In this document: one piece after another, positions 25,720 to 39,415 of the stretch
Layout: each line of letters starts with the position of its first letter
How positions within the stretch are numbered: the stretch's first letter is position 1
Assembly: GCF_006345805.1 (NCBI RefSeq)
Contig: NC_043001.1
Span: 135,036,001 to 135,100,000 of the forward strand
From: Octopus sinensis
Taxonomy: Eukaryota
DNA length: 64,000 bases
Reading direction: 5' to 3'
Notes under the pieces: model-generated
What the model was told of the DNA's origin: nothing
Seen by the model: the letters and a program-made list of their open reading frames with translations, nothing else
Database searches by the model: none
Position numbers and translations under genes: made by a program

Positions 25720-26010
25720 AGTAAAAAAAGAGAACAAAACACAGAGAAAAAGAAAACAAAAAGCAAACAAACGTTTGGACATGGCACAAGTAATATATTA
25801 ACGAAACACTCAGAGAAGGGAAAGAATAGAAGTTTTACGCTTCGAGCATAGCTCTTCTTCGGAAACAGGAAGAAACAGGAAAATCCAAGACGAAGGAGGA
25901 GTAAAATCGCCAACAATCACGTGCGGTTTACATTTTTGAAGTAAGTGACCAGAAGTAGGAATGGAGTGAAAATGCTTTCTGGAACAGGAGAGTGCGAAAA
26001 TGGTCAGTAT
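25720..26010 (-). mobile_element. Penelope-type pLTR module with variant hammerhead at 25832-25866
   Basis: Minus strand gttt-CCGAAGA-a-gagc(tat)gctc-GAAGC-GTA-aaac; homologous to 49384-49586; lies between TA/TG tracts. Confidence 0.65.
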
Positions 26011-26080
26011 GCGTGTGTGCGAGCGCGTGTGTAGTAGCGTGGTGTGTGTGTGTGTGCGTCGTAGCATGTGTGTGTGTGTG

Positions 26081-26134
<54 letters not shown>

Positions 26135-26137
<3 letters not shown>

Positions 26138-26538
26138 TCTTTTACTCTTTTACTTGTTTCAGTCATTTGACTGTGGCCATGCTGGAGCACCACCTTTTAG
26201 TCGAGCAAATCGACCCCAGGACTTATTCCTTGTCAGCCTAGTACTTATTCTATCAGTCTCTTTTGCCGAACCGCTAAGTTACGGGAACGTAAACACACCA
26301 ACATCGGTTGTCAAGCGATGTTGGGGGGACAAACACAGACACACAAACACATACACACACATATATATATGTATACATATATACGACGGGCTTCTTTCAG
26401 TTTCCGTCTACCAAATCCACTCACAAGGCTTTGGTCGGCCCGGGGCTATAGTAGAAGACACTTGCCCAAGGTGCCATGCAGTGGGACTGAACCCGGAACC
26501 ATGTGGTTGGTAAGCAAGCTACCTACCACACAGCCACA
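26135..26538 (-). mobile_element. SINE-C
   Basis: Near full-length match. Confidence 0.93.
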
Positions 26539-26614
26539 TGTATATATGTATATATGTATGTATATATGTGTGTATATAATATATGTTTGTATGTGTATGT
26601 ATACATGTATGTAA

Positions 26615-26647
<33 letters not shown>

Positions 26648-26878
26648 GGTACTTAGGTGTCCTCCGAGAGTGGAGGCTAGTTCTGTTTGTTCACCGAGGA
26701 ATTTTTACCGAATGCCCTCCTCTCTTTTTCCATCTTCTTCCAACCCCTTCTCCGTCCGTTAACGAACAGGGGAGCTCCAACATCAATGGTTCCTTATCTT
26801 TTTGATTGCAGGGTGTCCTGGGGATCAAACAAAACGTTACTGGCTTACTTTGAATGGAATATGCTTCAAAGTTTAAAA

Positions 26879-26900
26879 TCTCTCTCTCTCTATCTATCTA

Positions 26901-26967
<67 letters not shown>

Positions 26968-27017
26968 GTCTGTCTGTCTATCTGTCTATCTGTCTGTCTG
27001 TCTGTCTGTCTATCTAT

Positions 27018-27099
<82 letters not shown>

Positions 27100-27100
27100 G

Positions 27101-27162
<62 letters not shown>
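26879..27162. repeat. (TCTA)n/(TCTG)n compound microsatellite
   Basis: Direct reading. Confidence 0.98.
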
Positions 27163-27165
27163 CCC

Positions 27166-27411
27166 CTTTTATCTTTTACTTGTTTCTGTCACTGGGCTGT
27201 GGACATACTGGAGCAGTGCCTTGAAGGGTTTAGTCGAACAGATCGACCTCAAAACATAACATTTTAAAGCCTAATACTTATTCTATTGGTCTCTTTTGCT
27301 GAACTCTTTTGTTACGGGGATGTAAACAAACCAACACCAGTTGTCAAGCAGTGGTGGGGGACCGACACAAAGACATACATACATACATACATACATACAT
27401 ACATACATACA

Positions 27412-27445
<34 letters not shown>
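27166..27445 (-). mobile_element. SINE-C 3' half with (CATA)n
   Basis: cttttacttgtttctgtcactgggctg...ccagttgtcaagcagtgg. Confidence 0.82.
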
Positions 27446-27447
27446 AA

Positions 27448-27673
27448 GGCGGCGAGCTGGTAGAAACGTTAGCACGCCGGGCGAAATTCGTAGCCGTATT
27501 TCGTCTGTCGTTACGTTCCGAGTTCAAATTCCGCCGAGGTCGACTTTGCCTTTCATCCTTTCGGGGTCGATAAATTAAGTACCAGTTACGCACTGGGGTC
27601 GATGTAGTCGACTTAATCCGTTTGTCTGTCCTTGTTTGTCCCCTCTGTGTTGCCCCTTGTGGGTAGTAAAGAA

Positions 27674-27677
<4 letters not shown>
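27448..27677 (+). mobile_element. SINE-B, full length
   Basis: Full match; followed by ~210 bp of imperfect (TA)n. Confidence 0.93.
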
Positions 27678-27724
<47 letters not shown>

Positions 27725-27817
27725 TATATAGATATATATATATATATTTGTATATATAATATATATAATTATATATATATATATTATTTGTATATATATA
27801 TAATATATATATATATC

Positions 27818-27882
<65 letters not shown>

Positions 27883-27963
27883 ATTATTAAGCAGGACAAC
27901 AACATTAAGGCAAGGCAAACATCTCAAGTCGTATACAATGTTATTATTGGAAAAAAATTCAAA

Positions 27964-28019
27964 GTCTTACAGCTGTTTCTGGGATATCCCCGAGTATGGG
28001 ATATTCCGTCATCAGAGAC
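27964..28019 (-). ncRNA. Minimal type I hammerhead ribozyme with canonical core, in a Penelope-type module (~27882-28238)
   Basis: Minus strand gtct-CTGATGA-cggaatatccc(atactcg)gggatatccca-GAAAC-agct-GTA-agac: 4-bp stem I, long stem II, palindromic acagctgt stem III. Confidence 0.82.
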
Positions 28020-28238
28020 AAATAGGGACAATGAGAATGGTATATTTTAATGAGATGACGACATAGAGGAAGGGAGTAAAAGAATAAAGAGATGGAAAGA
28101 AAGAAGAAAAAAGAAGCATAAAAGTGTATAGTTCAACTTTCCGACTTTATAGAAACAAGAGCCCTAGTAATCCGGTACATCACTTACCTAGAGTACCTAA
28201 TCGTTTAGATCACTTGTGTACTAAACCCCCCCATACTC

Positions 28239-28291
<53 letters not shown>

Positions 28292-28296
<5 letters not shown>

Positions 28297-28669
28297 ATAT
28301 AAACGGCAGTTTGTCTGTGCGTTTTCTGTGTGTCTGTTTGCTTGTACCCTCACCCTGACCACGGCTTTCAACCGATTCTGATGAAACTTGACACACACAT
28401 AGCCCAATGTCATAATTCAAAACTAACGCAGCGAAAATTTTGAAAAGTTCCCCCAGTTCTAAAAAAAATCGATAAATTCGACATGGGGTCGAGAATCAGA
28501 AACACAAACCGCAAACTGTCTAGGGGACGCAACTCCACCTTTTTTAACTAAAAAAAAAATTTACCATCATTTTTTTCCATTTTTTTGCTATTTTTGGGCT
28601 ATAACTCTCCAAAAATGCTTTATAGTTATTTCCCTTACAAACCCGAGCAACGCCGGGCGATACTGCTAG
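28292..28669 (+). mobile_element. Non-autonomous Helitron, subfamily 2
   Basis: A|TC...cccgagcaacgccggg-cgatactg-CTAG|T within (TA)n. Confidence 0.9.
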
Positions 28670-28750
28670 TATATATATATATATATATATATTATGTATA
28701 TGTAAACAAATTCAAAATGCGATAAAAAAATTAATTATATATATGTATAT

Positions 28751-28805
<55 letters not shown>

Positions 28806-28809
28806 TATA

Positions 28810-28872
28810 TAACGGGAAGCTTTATGAAAATAAACAAAAGACGAAGGCAGGGAAAACAAACGAACAATTGTC
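28810..28872 (-). mobile_element. Terminal fragment of the module seen at 46901-47107
   Basis: taacgggaagctttatgaaaataaacaaaagacgaaggcagg identical; abuts (TA)n at the same junction. Confidence 0.85.
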
Positions 28873-28874
28873 GT

Positions 28875-28973
28875 GGAGGCGCAATGGCCTAGTGGTTAGG
28901 GCAGCGGACTCGCGGTCGTAGGATCGCGGTTTCGATTCCCAGACCGGGCGTTGTGAGTGTTTATTGAGCGAAA
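28875..28973 (+). mobile_element. SINE-A 5' fragment
   Basis: Head only. Confidence 0.9.
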
Positions 28974-29829
28974 TTTAATTCCTGTTTTACTTGGAGTGGC
29001 CCTCACAGCTTTTCGATGTTTAAAAAATCCTGTTATATTTTTATAATTAAATATTATTAGGAATTGCAGAAAGATAATCATTAAAATATTTTGTATATTG
29101 TAGACGTATAGTCAATGTATTGCAGATAAATTTTAACAGCAAAATCTTATATGGACCCCAGTTGCGAACTACTGGTCTAGAAGTTCTTAACTAAGTATTG
29201 TTTAGACATTTTGCTACTAATTCTAATCAACCTTTCCCTGATCCAAGAAAAGGGCTTTTATGGAAGTTAATAGAAGTGGGGTTAGAAGTAGATGGCAAAA
29301 GAGGAAAACGCAGGGTCTCCGAGAGAAATTTTGCCACAGAACAGAACAAGACTGCTTTCGGAGCCAGAGGAGTAAGGACCCCTCGAAATTCAATCCAAGA
29401 CGTTTATGGTGCCTTTTTTTTCTTTTTAGTGAAGTACCCGGCAGAAATGAGGGGCTCACCTCTTATAGGGCCTTGCCTCTAGGTGGTCTCTTATCCAGTT
29501 AAAATATGCAGCTGAATCTCCCCGCAAACCGTCCATTACCGTCTTAAAAAATAATGTAGTCTAAGCTGCACTGTACCTAAAAAAATGAAACTGATTTGCA
29601 GTGAAACAATAAAGTTTTCCTCATAGAAATTAATATGTATCTCAGAAGTTATTCCCTTAAAATGTTTCATTATCTTTTACAGACAAATACTAGCAATTTT
29701 TGTTTACACGATCCCCTAATCTGTTAGATGTTGCGAAATCTATCCCAAATAAGCATATTAAAGTCGCTGAGATCTGCAAGATATATCAACCCTGTCAGGC
29801 TGATCTGGAATTAAACAACCACAATAGGT

Positions 29830-29873
29830 AGTAACATATTGGTTTGAACTTTTGGCACAAGGCCAGCAACTGT

Positions 29874-29912
<39 letters not shown>

Positions 29913-30075
29913 AAATCGATTACATTGACTTCTATACATGGTATTTGTTTTATCGATCCCAAACGGATGAAAGACAAAGTCAACCTCAACGGAATTTGAA
30001 CTAGGAGCGTAAAGAATCCCAAGAAATATCATTAAACATTTTATTCGACATACTAATGATTCTACCAGCCCGCAA
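29830..30075 (-). mobile_element. Old SINE-B, short tail variant, with (GA)n expansion
   Basis: ttggtttgaacttttggcacaaggccagcaa...ggatgaaagacaaagtcaacctc...gaatttgaact. Confidence 0.75.
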
Positions 30076-30379
30076 TATTTTGGCGTGAAGCATTGCTGAT
30101 TTGAACATACAGAAATTTCTGACTTAATTACAAGATGATTTTCTTTCCCCAAAAGATGATTTCTTGTTGTATCGACCCAACAATATTTCTGGTACATATT
30201 TTATCACCATCTCAGGTAGGAAATATGGAGACGACTGCAGAGGAATTTTAATTCAGATCTACAGAGATCTTATAGAGAAGCAAGTCTAGTATGAATTTGA
30301 ACTCAAAACGTATTTTAAAGGAATTTTGTTCGGCTCTCTATCAATTCTGCAATCTTATGCTTTAAATGTATTAGTCATA

Positions 30380-30929
30380 TTGGTATCAAATTTTGGCGCA
30401 CGGCCAGCAATTCTTGGAGAGGGGGTAAGTCGATTATATCGACCCTAGTACTCAACTAGTGTGGCGGCGCAATGGCCCAGTGGTTAGGGCAGCGGGCTCG
30501 CGATCGAAGGATCGCGGTTTCGATTCTCAGACCAGGCGTTGTGTGTGTTTATTGAGCGAAAACACCTAAAAGCTCCACGAGGCTCCGGCAGGGGGGTGGC
30601 GACCCCTGTTGTACTCTTTCGCCACAACTTTCTCTCACTCTCTCTTCCTGTTTCTTGAGGAACGCTGCGATCGACGGGCGTCCCGTCCAGCTGGGGGGAA
30701 CACATACGCCACAGAAACCGGGAAACCGGGCCCATGAGCCTGGCTAGGCTTGAAAGGGCGACATTTATCGTTTTTTTTTAGTACTCAACTGGTACTTATT
30801 TGATCAACCCCAAACGGATGAAAACGCAAAGTTGACCCCGGTGGAATTTGAACTCAGAACGTAAGGACGGACGAAATGTCGCTAAGCATTTTGTCCGGTG
30901 TGTTAACGATCCTGCCAGCTTGCCGCCTT
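30380..30929 (-). mobile_element. SINE-B short tail variant, host of a nested SINE-A
   Basis: Halves at 30380-30460 and 30780-30929. Confidence 0.85.
30463..30779 (+). mobile_element. SINE-A head and body with tail type 3
   Basis: Tail gctgcgatcgacgggcgtcccgtccag...gccacagaaaccgggaaaccgggcccatgagcc; TSD agtactcaact(a/g)gt. Confidence 0.9.
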
Positions 30930-31421
30930 CTCTGTATAAGTTATATGGAAATTCTTTATTAATTTCAGACATTTTTATAAAACATGTTGCAACACTTGTA
31001 CGACGGCTCGTTTTAGTTTTGAATTGATAAGTTTACAGTTTGTACACATCATTGGGTGGACATCTCAAAAGTTATGTTAAGTTTTAACATGCTGTACAAA
31101 CTATTTGTATTTAGTGTGCAGAACGCTCCCACGAAGTATTTTCCTTCGGCTATATTGTATGTACAAACTATAATTTGCGTTTTAATTAAAAACAAACAGC
31201 AATCAGAAACTAAAGCTACATGGATAATTTGATGATGTCAGAAACCTGTTGGATTTGTTCGTTTGAGTGTGTTGGCGTGAGGGAGAATACATTTTACTGA
31301 ATAACTTATATGTTCTGGGTAGATTTCATGGCACTGTCCTATGACCACAATAAGATGACTGAAACCAGTGCTGTAGTAGATTTGGACGAAATTTACTTCA
31401 GGTTACATATATATGCGTGCA

Positions 31422-31883
<462 letters not shown>

Positions 31884-32746
31884 GTACGTATTTATTCGAC
31901 CACCCAAAACGTGTACATATAAATACATCCACGTGGCTGCAATGCGAACTTAACCACATAGACATACCAGTGTCTACACACACACACGTTAGAGGCGCAG
32001 AGGTCTCCGTCGTTGGCTCGAAGTAAACTTTCTTATTTGTATATATTACAGGATCAGTTCAACGATGTTTCAGTCGTAACAACTCCCTCAACTGGAATCA
32101 ACAGTTACATTGTTTAATATAATATATAAGTCAGTAGGAAATTGTTTGTGAGGATTTTGGCAGCTATTTTTTGCAGGATGAGTGACCATTTATCGAACAA
32201 AATTGTCTGTCAATGAACAATTCTCCATTTCCCCGTTCCTCTCTCTCCTTCTTTTTCTTACAGTTTCCATTTCATATCATCAGAGTAGGAGGCTGAACTA
32301 AAAGGCAAGTTAGTTGGCGAAGTGATCGCTTTAGAGTCCAGATGAGTTTTGATTAGTTAAGAAAGATTATGGAATATCGACACCTTAGTATAATCGCACA
32401 CACATGAACGCGCGCACACACACACACAGCGTACCGCTTACTCAGTGAATTAACGGGCTGAGTATTTCGCAGATACGTCTACCATTAATGTAATCACAGC
32501 CAGAATCAGCATGACACAGCATGTAACAAAGTGGATCATTTGAATCATAAATACAGTTGGTTCGAAGGGCTTCCACACAATTACCACTTATCTAATTTCA
32601 CTCACGAGGCATGAGTCGATACCAGGCTACAGTAAAAGACTTGTCACTGTCGGTAGTCGCATCGAGCCAAGGGCCTCATGATTGTGAAGCGTACTTCTTA
32701 TACAATCAGTCATTGTATAGGTAGACAGATAAATAGATAGATAGAA

Positions 32747-33146
32747 GGCGGCGAGTTGGCAGAAGCGTTAGCACGCCGGGCGAAATGCTTAGCGGTATTT
32801 CGTCTGCCGTTACGTTCTGAGTTCAAATTCCGCCGAGGTCGACTTTGCCTTTCATCCTTTCGGGGTCGATAAATTAAGTACCAGTTACGCACTGGGGTCG
32901 ATGTAATCGACTTAATACCTATGTCTGTCCGTGTTTGTCCTCTCTGTGTTTAGCCCCTTGTGGGTAATAAAGAAATAGGTATTTCGTCTGCTGTTACGTT
33001 CTGAGCTCAAATTCCGCCGAGGTCGACTTTGCTTTTCATCCTTTCGGGGTCGATAAATTAAGTACCAGTTGCGTACTGGGCCCGATGTAATCGACTTAAT
33101 TCCTTTGTCTGTCTTTGTTTGTCCCCTTGTGGGCAATAAAGAAATA
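32747..33146 (+). mobile_element. Tandem SINE-B dimer (full copy plus 5'-truncated copy)
   Basis: Second unit starts at internal ggtatttcgtctg (32978); agataaatagatagatag on both outer flanks. Confidence 0.92.
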
Positions 33147-33152
33147 AGATAA

Positions 33153-33217
<65 letters not shown>

Positions 33218-33704
33218 CAGGCAGACATTGAGACAGACAGACTGATAGAGACAAAGTTAGAATAATAGATAGACATAGAAAGAGAGAGAGTGAGTGAGAG
33301 AGAGAGAGAGAAAAGGAGGGAGAATAAATAAACGGAATATACCCGTATGTGACTAAACTATATAAAATGTCTGACATGAACGTGTAAGATAATGAGAGCG
33401 CACGAGCTGTGGGAGAAACGGTGTGAGGTTTTATCTACTTCAGTGAAGGAAAGGTGTGGTCCTGCAGAATAAGAATTCAGAACTGCTTTTAGTGTTCTTT
33501 TACTGTGACTTTATTGTAATAACAGACATTTGAAACGAAATGGCATAATAGCAAAAATAAACATTTGTTAAATGAGAAATGTAAAAATGCTCCGAGCACT
33601 CCTGTCGGCTAAAATCTTAGCTAAAAACACACGACATGAGATGTTTTTTTCTTTCTGGAAGACGTTCAAAGAAAAGGTTAGTGCGAATGAATGACTAGAT
33701 ATTA

Positions 33705-33820
<116 letters not shown>

Positions 33821-33931
33821 CCAGATGAGTTGGAGCGAATAACCTAACTCTGTTGTCATAATGGGCAGAAATCTTACTGAGTAAATACGAACTAACAGGT
33901 ATATATTTGACGGAAGAATGGAAAAAGGGGA

Positions 33932-33972
<41 letters not shown>

Positions 33973-34109
33973 TATCAGGAAATATGAAAAATATAGAGAG
34001 AAGTTTAGTTTGCTCACAAAAGATCAACAATTTTGAGATAGGCAGAAAGACAAGCAGATAGATTAATAGAAATAGAAAAAGAATAGACTAGAATAAAATA
34101 AAATAGAAT

Positions 34110-34163
34110 ATAGATAGACAGATAGATAGACAGATAGATAGACAGACAGACAGAGAGATAGAC

Positions 34164-34222
<59 letters not shown>

Positions 34223-34230
34223 CAGATAGG

Positions 34231-34306
<76 letters not shown>

Positions 34307-34330
34307 TAGATAGATAGATAGATAGATAGG

Positions 34331-34374
<44 letters not shown>

Positions 34375-34451
34375 TAGACAGATAGGTAGATAAATAGATA
34401 GATAGACAGACAGACAGACAGAGAGATAGACAGACAGACAGACAGACAGAG

Positions 34452-34482
<31 letters not shown>

Positions 34483-34483
34483 G

Positions 34484-34554
<71 letters not shown>

Positions 34555-34960
34555 GAGCTAGATGGATGGATGGATGGATGGATGGATGCGAAAGGAACAG
34601 ATAAAAAGAGAGAACTAAATGCAGTAGGGAAAGAGAAGGGCACGAAAGAGGGTAACAGAAAAGGGAGGGGGAGGAGATGCTAAAGATAAGACGCAGCAAG
34701 GGAGAGAGAATATGAGGTTGAAGCGGGGGGGGGTCGATGGAAAGAGAAGCGGCAGAAAGGGAGTGAAAAGGAGAAGGCAGGAAAGGGAAATATGGAAGAG
34801 ACGGAGGAAAAGAGACGGAGTGGAGAAGTGGAGGTAGAAGAGTGGGAGTGAGAAAGAGAAGAGGCGTGAGGAGAGAGGACGGAAAGAGGAAAGCAGGGAT
34901 GGAAAGAGGAAAGAAAAGCAAAAGGAAGAATGAGAGAGAGTAAGGGAAGAGGAAGAAAGT
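34110..34960. repeat. (GATA)n/(GACA)n/(GGAT)n array followed by a purine-rich low-complexity tract
   Basis: Direct reading; source of the long spurious ORFs. Confidence 0.96.
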
Positions 34961-35181
34961 GTACAATTGGCATGCAACAAACATGGCGGTGTAAAATTTG
35001 CATAAAACTTAGCTAAATGTCATGAAATCATCAAAGGATTATGAAGTGAACTTTAAAAGGAAGGATTGGCAGGGATTAAAGGATTAAGGGGCCTCTAATG
35101 CTAATTTTGACATCCAGATTCCATTTATAACAACAGTATTGCTCTACTATCTCCTTTTATCCCTTTTGGCAAGGGATTCTA

Positions 35182-35253
<72 letters not shown>

Positions 35254-35275
35254 AGTGTGTATGTATGTATGTATG

Positions 35276-35306
<31 letters not shown>

Positions 35307-35670
35307 TCCTAAATAGGCCCCATGGTTGGTGGGAAGCCAAGACATAGAGGTACTTTGTCTGTCTGTCTGTCTGTCTGTTTGTTTATGTCCTTGTTACGTG
35401 ATATAAATTATCCTGGAAGATATTCTTACCAAAACACTTTTAATTTCTTTTTGTATATATTCATATTTGTTTTTTCCTTAATTCTTTTTTTTTTCTTCAC
35501 ATTTTTATTTTAGAGATTCTAGACAAAGCAGGATTGGCTGTCTTTAACTGAAAGACGAAATGGTCATGGTTGGAATAACTATAACGCAAAGATGCGATGG
35601 TGCAGGTTGGCTGCCTGTAACACAAAGACAAGATGGTCGAAATAGGAATATTTTTTAACACAAAGACGCG

Positions 35671-36079
35671 AGGCGCAGGAGTGGCTGTGTGGTAGGTAGC
35701 TTGTTTACCAACCACATGGTTCCGGGTTCAGTCCCACTGCGTGGCACCTTGGGCAAGTGTCTTCTACTGTAGCCTCGGGCCGACCAATGCCTTGTGAGTG
35801 GATTTGGTAGACGGAAACTGTAAGAAGCCCGTCGTATATATGTATATATATATAAGTGTGTGTGTATATGTTTGTGTGTCTGTGTTTGTCCCCCTAGCAT
35901 TGCTTGACAACCGATGCTGGTGTGTTTACGTCCCCGTCACTTAGCGGTTCGGCAAAAAGAGACCGATAGAGTAAGTACTGGGCTTACAAAAAGAATAAGT
36001 CCCGGGGTCGAGTTGCTCGATTAAAGGCGGTGCTCCAGCATGGCCGCAGTCAAATGACTGAAACAAGTAAGAGAGTAAG
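35671..36079 (+). mobile_element. SINE-C, full length
   Basis: aggcgcaggagtggctgtgtgg...gactgaaacaagtaagagagtaa. Confidence 0.94.
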
Positions 36080-36364
36080 AGAGAGAGATCATGACGATCA
36101 ACTGAAGCTGCGATTCTAAGTCGTACCCGGGTGTAGGGAAGAAAAATGACGTTCAAAATTTGTGGCGGTTTCGTCTGCTCGCTCATTTAATCTCCTTATT
36201 TCTCCACATTTCAAAATGAATCAAAATGAATGAAAAAAAAAACCCCCATCTTTAAATGCAATTCAAATTATAATTTTAAATCAAATTATAATTTACGAAG
36301 AATTCATGTTGAAACTAATATTAAATTATCATTATTATTATGCTAATTATACCAGAAAATATTA

Positions 36365-36780
36365 GGATCTTTTCGGTTTGAACGGCAGTTTTTTCTAGCG
36401 GTGTCATATGAATTTGTCACCCATAATTATGACCCTAGAATCGATCTATTGCTTTTCAATCTCTTGTAGGGTTAGGGTTAGGGGTGGGGGAAGGGAATCT
36501 TTTTTCTTCACAAATGTAAATAAACCCAATCTGTTTCTTAAACGAGGGACATATTCATACGACACAGAATGCTTTTTACCTCAATAGACGTCACTGATTG
36601 GTTGAAATTGCAGAAATTGAAGAAAAAAAACCAACAAATATCTTACAAACTATAGAATTTTCTCAATAAAGGCAAGAGGAAAAGATGTTTTATAAACACA
36701 TTCTACCAGTATACGAAGTTTAAAATTTTTTAATTACCTAGAAATTATGTTAAAAACTGCCGTTCAAACCGAAAAGATCC
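36365..36780. mobile_element. MITE with ~29-bp perfect TIRs and probable 8-bp TSD (Merlin-like by termini)
   Basis: ggatcttttcggtttgaacggcagttttt / aaaaactgccgttcaaaccgaaaagatcc; flanks aaatatta and aaatattt; internal tagggttagggttaggg. Confidence 0.9.
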
Positions 36781-36969
36781 AAATATTTCGCAAATATATC
36801 CACATAAAAAAATCTTTGAATTTGACATTCTCTTTGTTACTATGCATATTCTGATGGTTAGTGTGAAGTTTGGAGAAGATTTGGTTGCTATTTCTAGCTT
36901 CTTCTTTTGGACCTGCATGAGTTATTCATCTATACAGTACTTGTTTCGGGTTACATGTTAATATTGTTA

Positions 36970-37195
36970 AGGCGGCGAAGCCGGCGAGCGGGCAAAATCG
37001 CAACCGCGTTGGACAAAATGCTTAGCGGCATTTCGTCCGTCTTCACGTTCTGAGTTCAAATTTTGCCGAGACCAACTTTACCTTTTATTCTTTCGGGGTC
37101 GATAAAATATGTACGATTTGAGCACTGGGGTCGATATAATCGACTCTAACCTCGTCCCTCGAAATTGCTTTCCTTGTTCCAAAATTTGAAACCAA
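36970..37195 (+). mobile_element. SINE-B, short tail variant
   Basis: Head, central domain and tail ccaaaatttgaaacca. Confidence 0.85.
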
Positions 37196-38964
37196 CATTG
37201 TTGCTAAATATGTCCGATTGTTCGGAAGCGAATTATTAAAATCATCCTACAATATCATGTAAATGGTTAGCACTACAGCCCACAAATTAATCAATTATCC
37301 AGTCCAATTCAGAACATTATTACTTAATCACAGTCATTCCTGTCGTAAAGCATTTTCTCACGAATTTAAAAATCTCGAATGCCAACTTACATTCTTCGAG
37401 TATAATTACTTCTCGAAACTATCGCTTTAGTAATAAAACACTTCATAAATATAAATGCTTCATTAAAAGGTGATTTAAGTGCTTCATTGCAATGATCGTG
37501 GCGTTCGGTCTTAATATATAGCCTGCTGATCGTGACACGAATCTTAGGAAGGCTCAAAGGAACTTAAATACGATTATTTGATGTAAATTATTCGATTGTC
37601 ATGATGAGAAATTGTCCCGTTTAAGTTATAATAATGGAGAATTGATACCGTGGTTTGAAAACGTGGAACATTTATTGGTGTTTCTTCTGGGAGGGAAAAA
37701 AACTATTTAGCTTTTAATGAATAGCCTTCTGCATTATTATTACCTCATTGGACACCTTCATTTTATTTCGGATGTTTTAAAACCAATCCAGTTTGTGTTG
37801 TTGAAGATTCTATCACCAGTCTATCGAAATGTCACACTTATAATATTGTAAACGAAAGGGATTCCCGATTGGAGTAGCAATTACATAATCCACCTCATTA
37901 ATCTTTGAAAAAACACGGATGTCACGTAGTCTCATTTTTCTTTTTCCCTATCTCTTCTGTAGCTCTAAAAAAAAAAGGTATTGTGTCTATGTTAGAAATA
38001 GATTTTAACTAGTTTTTTTTCTTGTTGGTTTTGCTGTTGAAGGGGAGAGCGACAACGGCGGTATCTGATGCAATTACTTTTACGATGTTGTTTCACTCAC
38101 GTCCCAATATTCCAACTCCTCTTTCTCTTTTTCTTTCTCATATTTTCCTTCTTTTGTAAAGGATTTCTACATTTTCTTTTTCTCTCTCGTTTTTTTCCTG
38201 TTTTGTTTTGGTGCTACTGGGGAAATAAAACACTCCAGAATTTTTTTCAACATTGTTAACCTTGAAACCGTCAGATTTCACGCACAGAAAAATCCTACCG
38301 TCTCTGTTCACTTTCTTGCTTAAATTTGTTCGTGCTTTTAACAAATTCATAACACAACATGCTTCCCATTTTCCCCAGATCGCAAATAATTAAGTCATTA
38401 GTTTCAACCAGAAGAAATAATGCTCTTGTAACTAATTAAATTACACAATCCAACAAATACACTTAAGACTTAGTAATTTCTCTGTGTGTATACATTACTA
38501 ATAGTTTTCCCACATTTTCAAACGATTCACTAAGCCCTAGGATCTTCAAGTGTAAAAGAAACTCGGTTAACCATCAAAGAGATTAAGAACTTAATTTTTA
38601 ATTTTATTGAAACGCTTACTTTTGACTCTAAGAGTTGAGAGGATGATAAAAGTCGGCTCAGAGGTCAGGTATTTCACTAGCTCTAAGTCTGGATAGTACA
38701 CCTAATACTTTTGTTTCAGCGATCCAGCCCGTGTAACGGTAAAATATATATCACAAGCAGAATTTAGGCTAGTTGAAATGTGTTTGTCAAATATTTCAAC
38801 TCCATAAGGCAAATACACTGCAGTTACCGTGGAGGAAAAAAATCTCTCTTAAGGTAAAAATGTGTGAAAACACCCGGTTTCGAGTTTTTTTACTCTTGTC
38901 AGTGAGATGTACCTAACAGAGGCAACTCTGAATGAATTTAATAAAGCCGTAGCTTTATATATAA

Positions 38965-39366
38965 CTAGCAATATCGCCCGGCGTTGCTCGGGTTTGTAAG
39001 GGAAATAACTATATAAGCATTTTTAGAGAGTTATAGCCAAAAAATAGCAAAAAAATGCATTAAAAATGGAAAAAAAATTATGGTAAATTTTTTTTTTTAA
39101 AAATCGTTGACTCATCGCAGACATTTTTAGAGAGTTACTTCCCTTATATAATAGCGAAAAAATGCATTAAAATGGAAAAAAACGATGGTAAATTTTTTTT
39201 AAAATCGTAGACTCATCGTAGACGCGCACTAATACCCAGAAGGGCTCGATATGAATCACGACTATAAGATACCCGGTTTTGGTTAAACTGCACCGCAAAA
39301 TGTGGGAGTAGTTAGGAATCTAAATCGTAGGAGACAGACACACAACTTCACTTTTATATATAAAGA
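38965..39366 (-). mobile_element. Non-autonomous Helitron, subfamily 1
   Basis: TC/hairpin/CTAG with A|T insertion; ~95-bp internal direct repeat. Confidence 0.9.
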
Positions 39367-39415
39367 TTCAGTTAACACGTTGACTGATTTGCGCTAGTAA
39401 ATCGTCTGGTCGAGG

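Noticed and set aside
34014-35003. Longest ORFs in the track (209 and 298 aa) and similar [12 protein letters not shown] ORFs elsewhere
   Set aside because: Stop-free translations of microsatellites and purine tracts; no domain content
36467-36490. TTAGGG repeats as a telomere remnant or fusion site
   Set aside because: Only ~3 units and internal to a MITE
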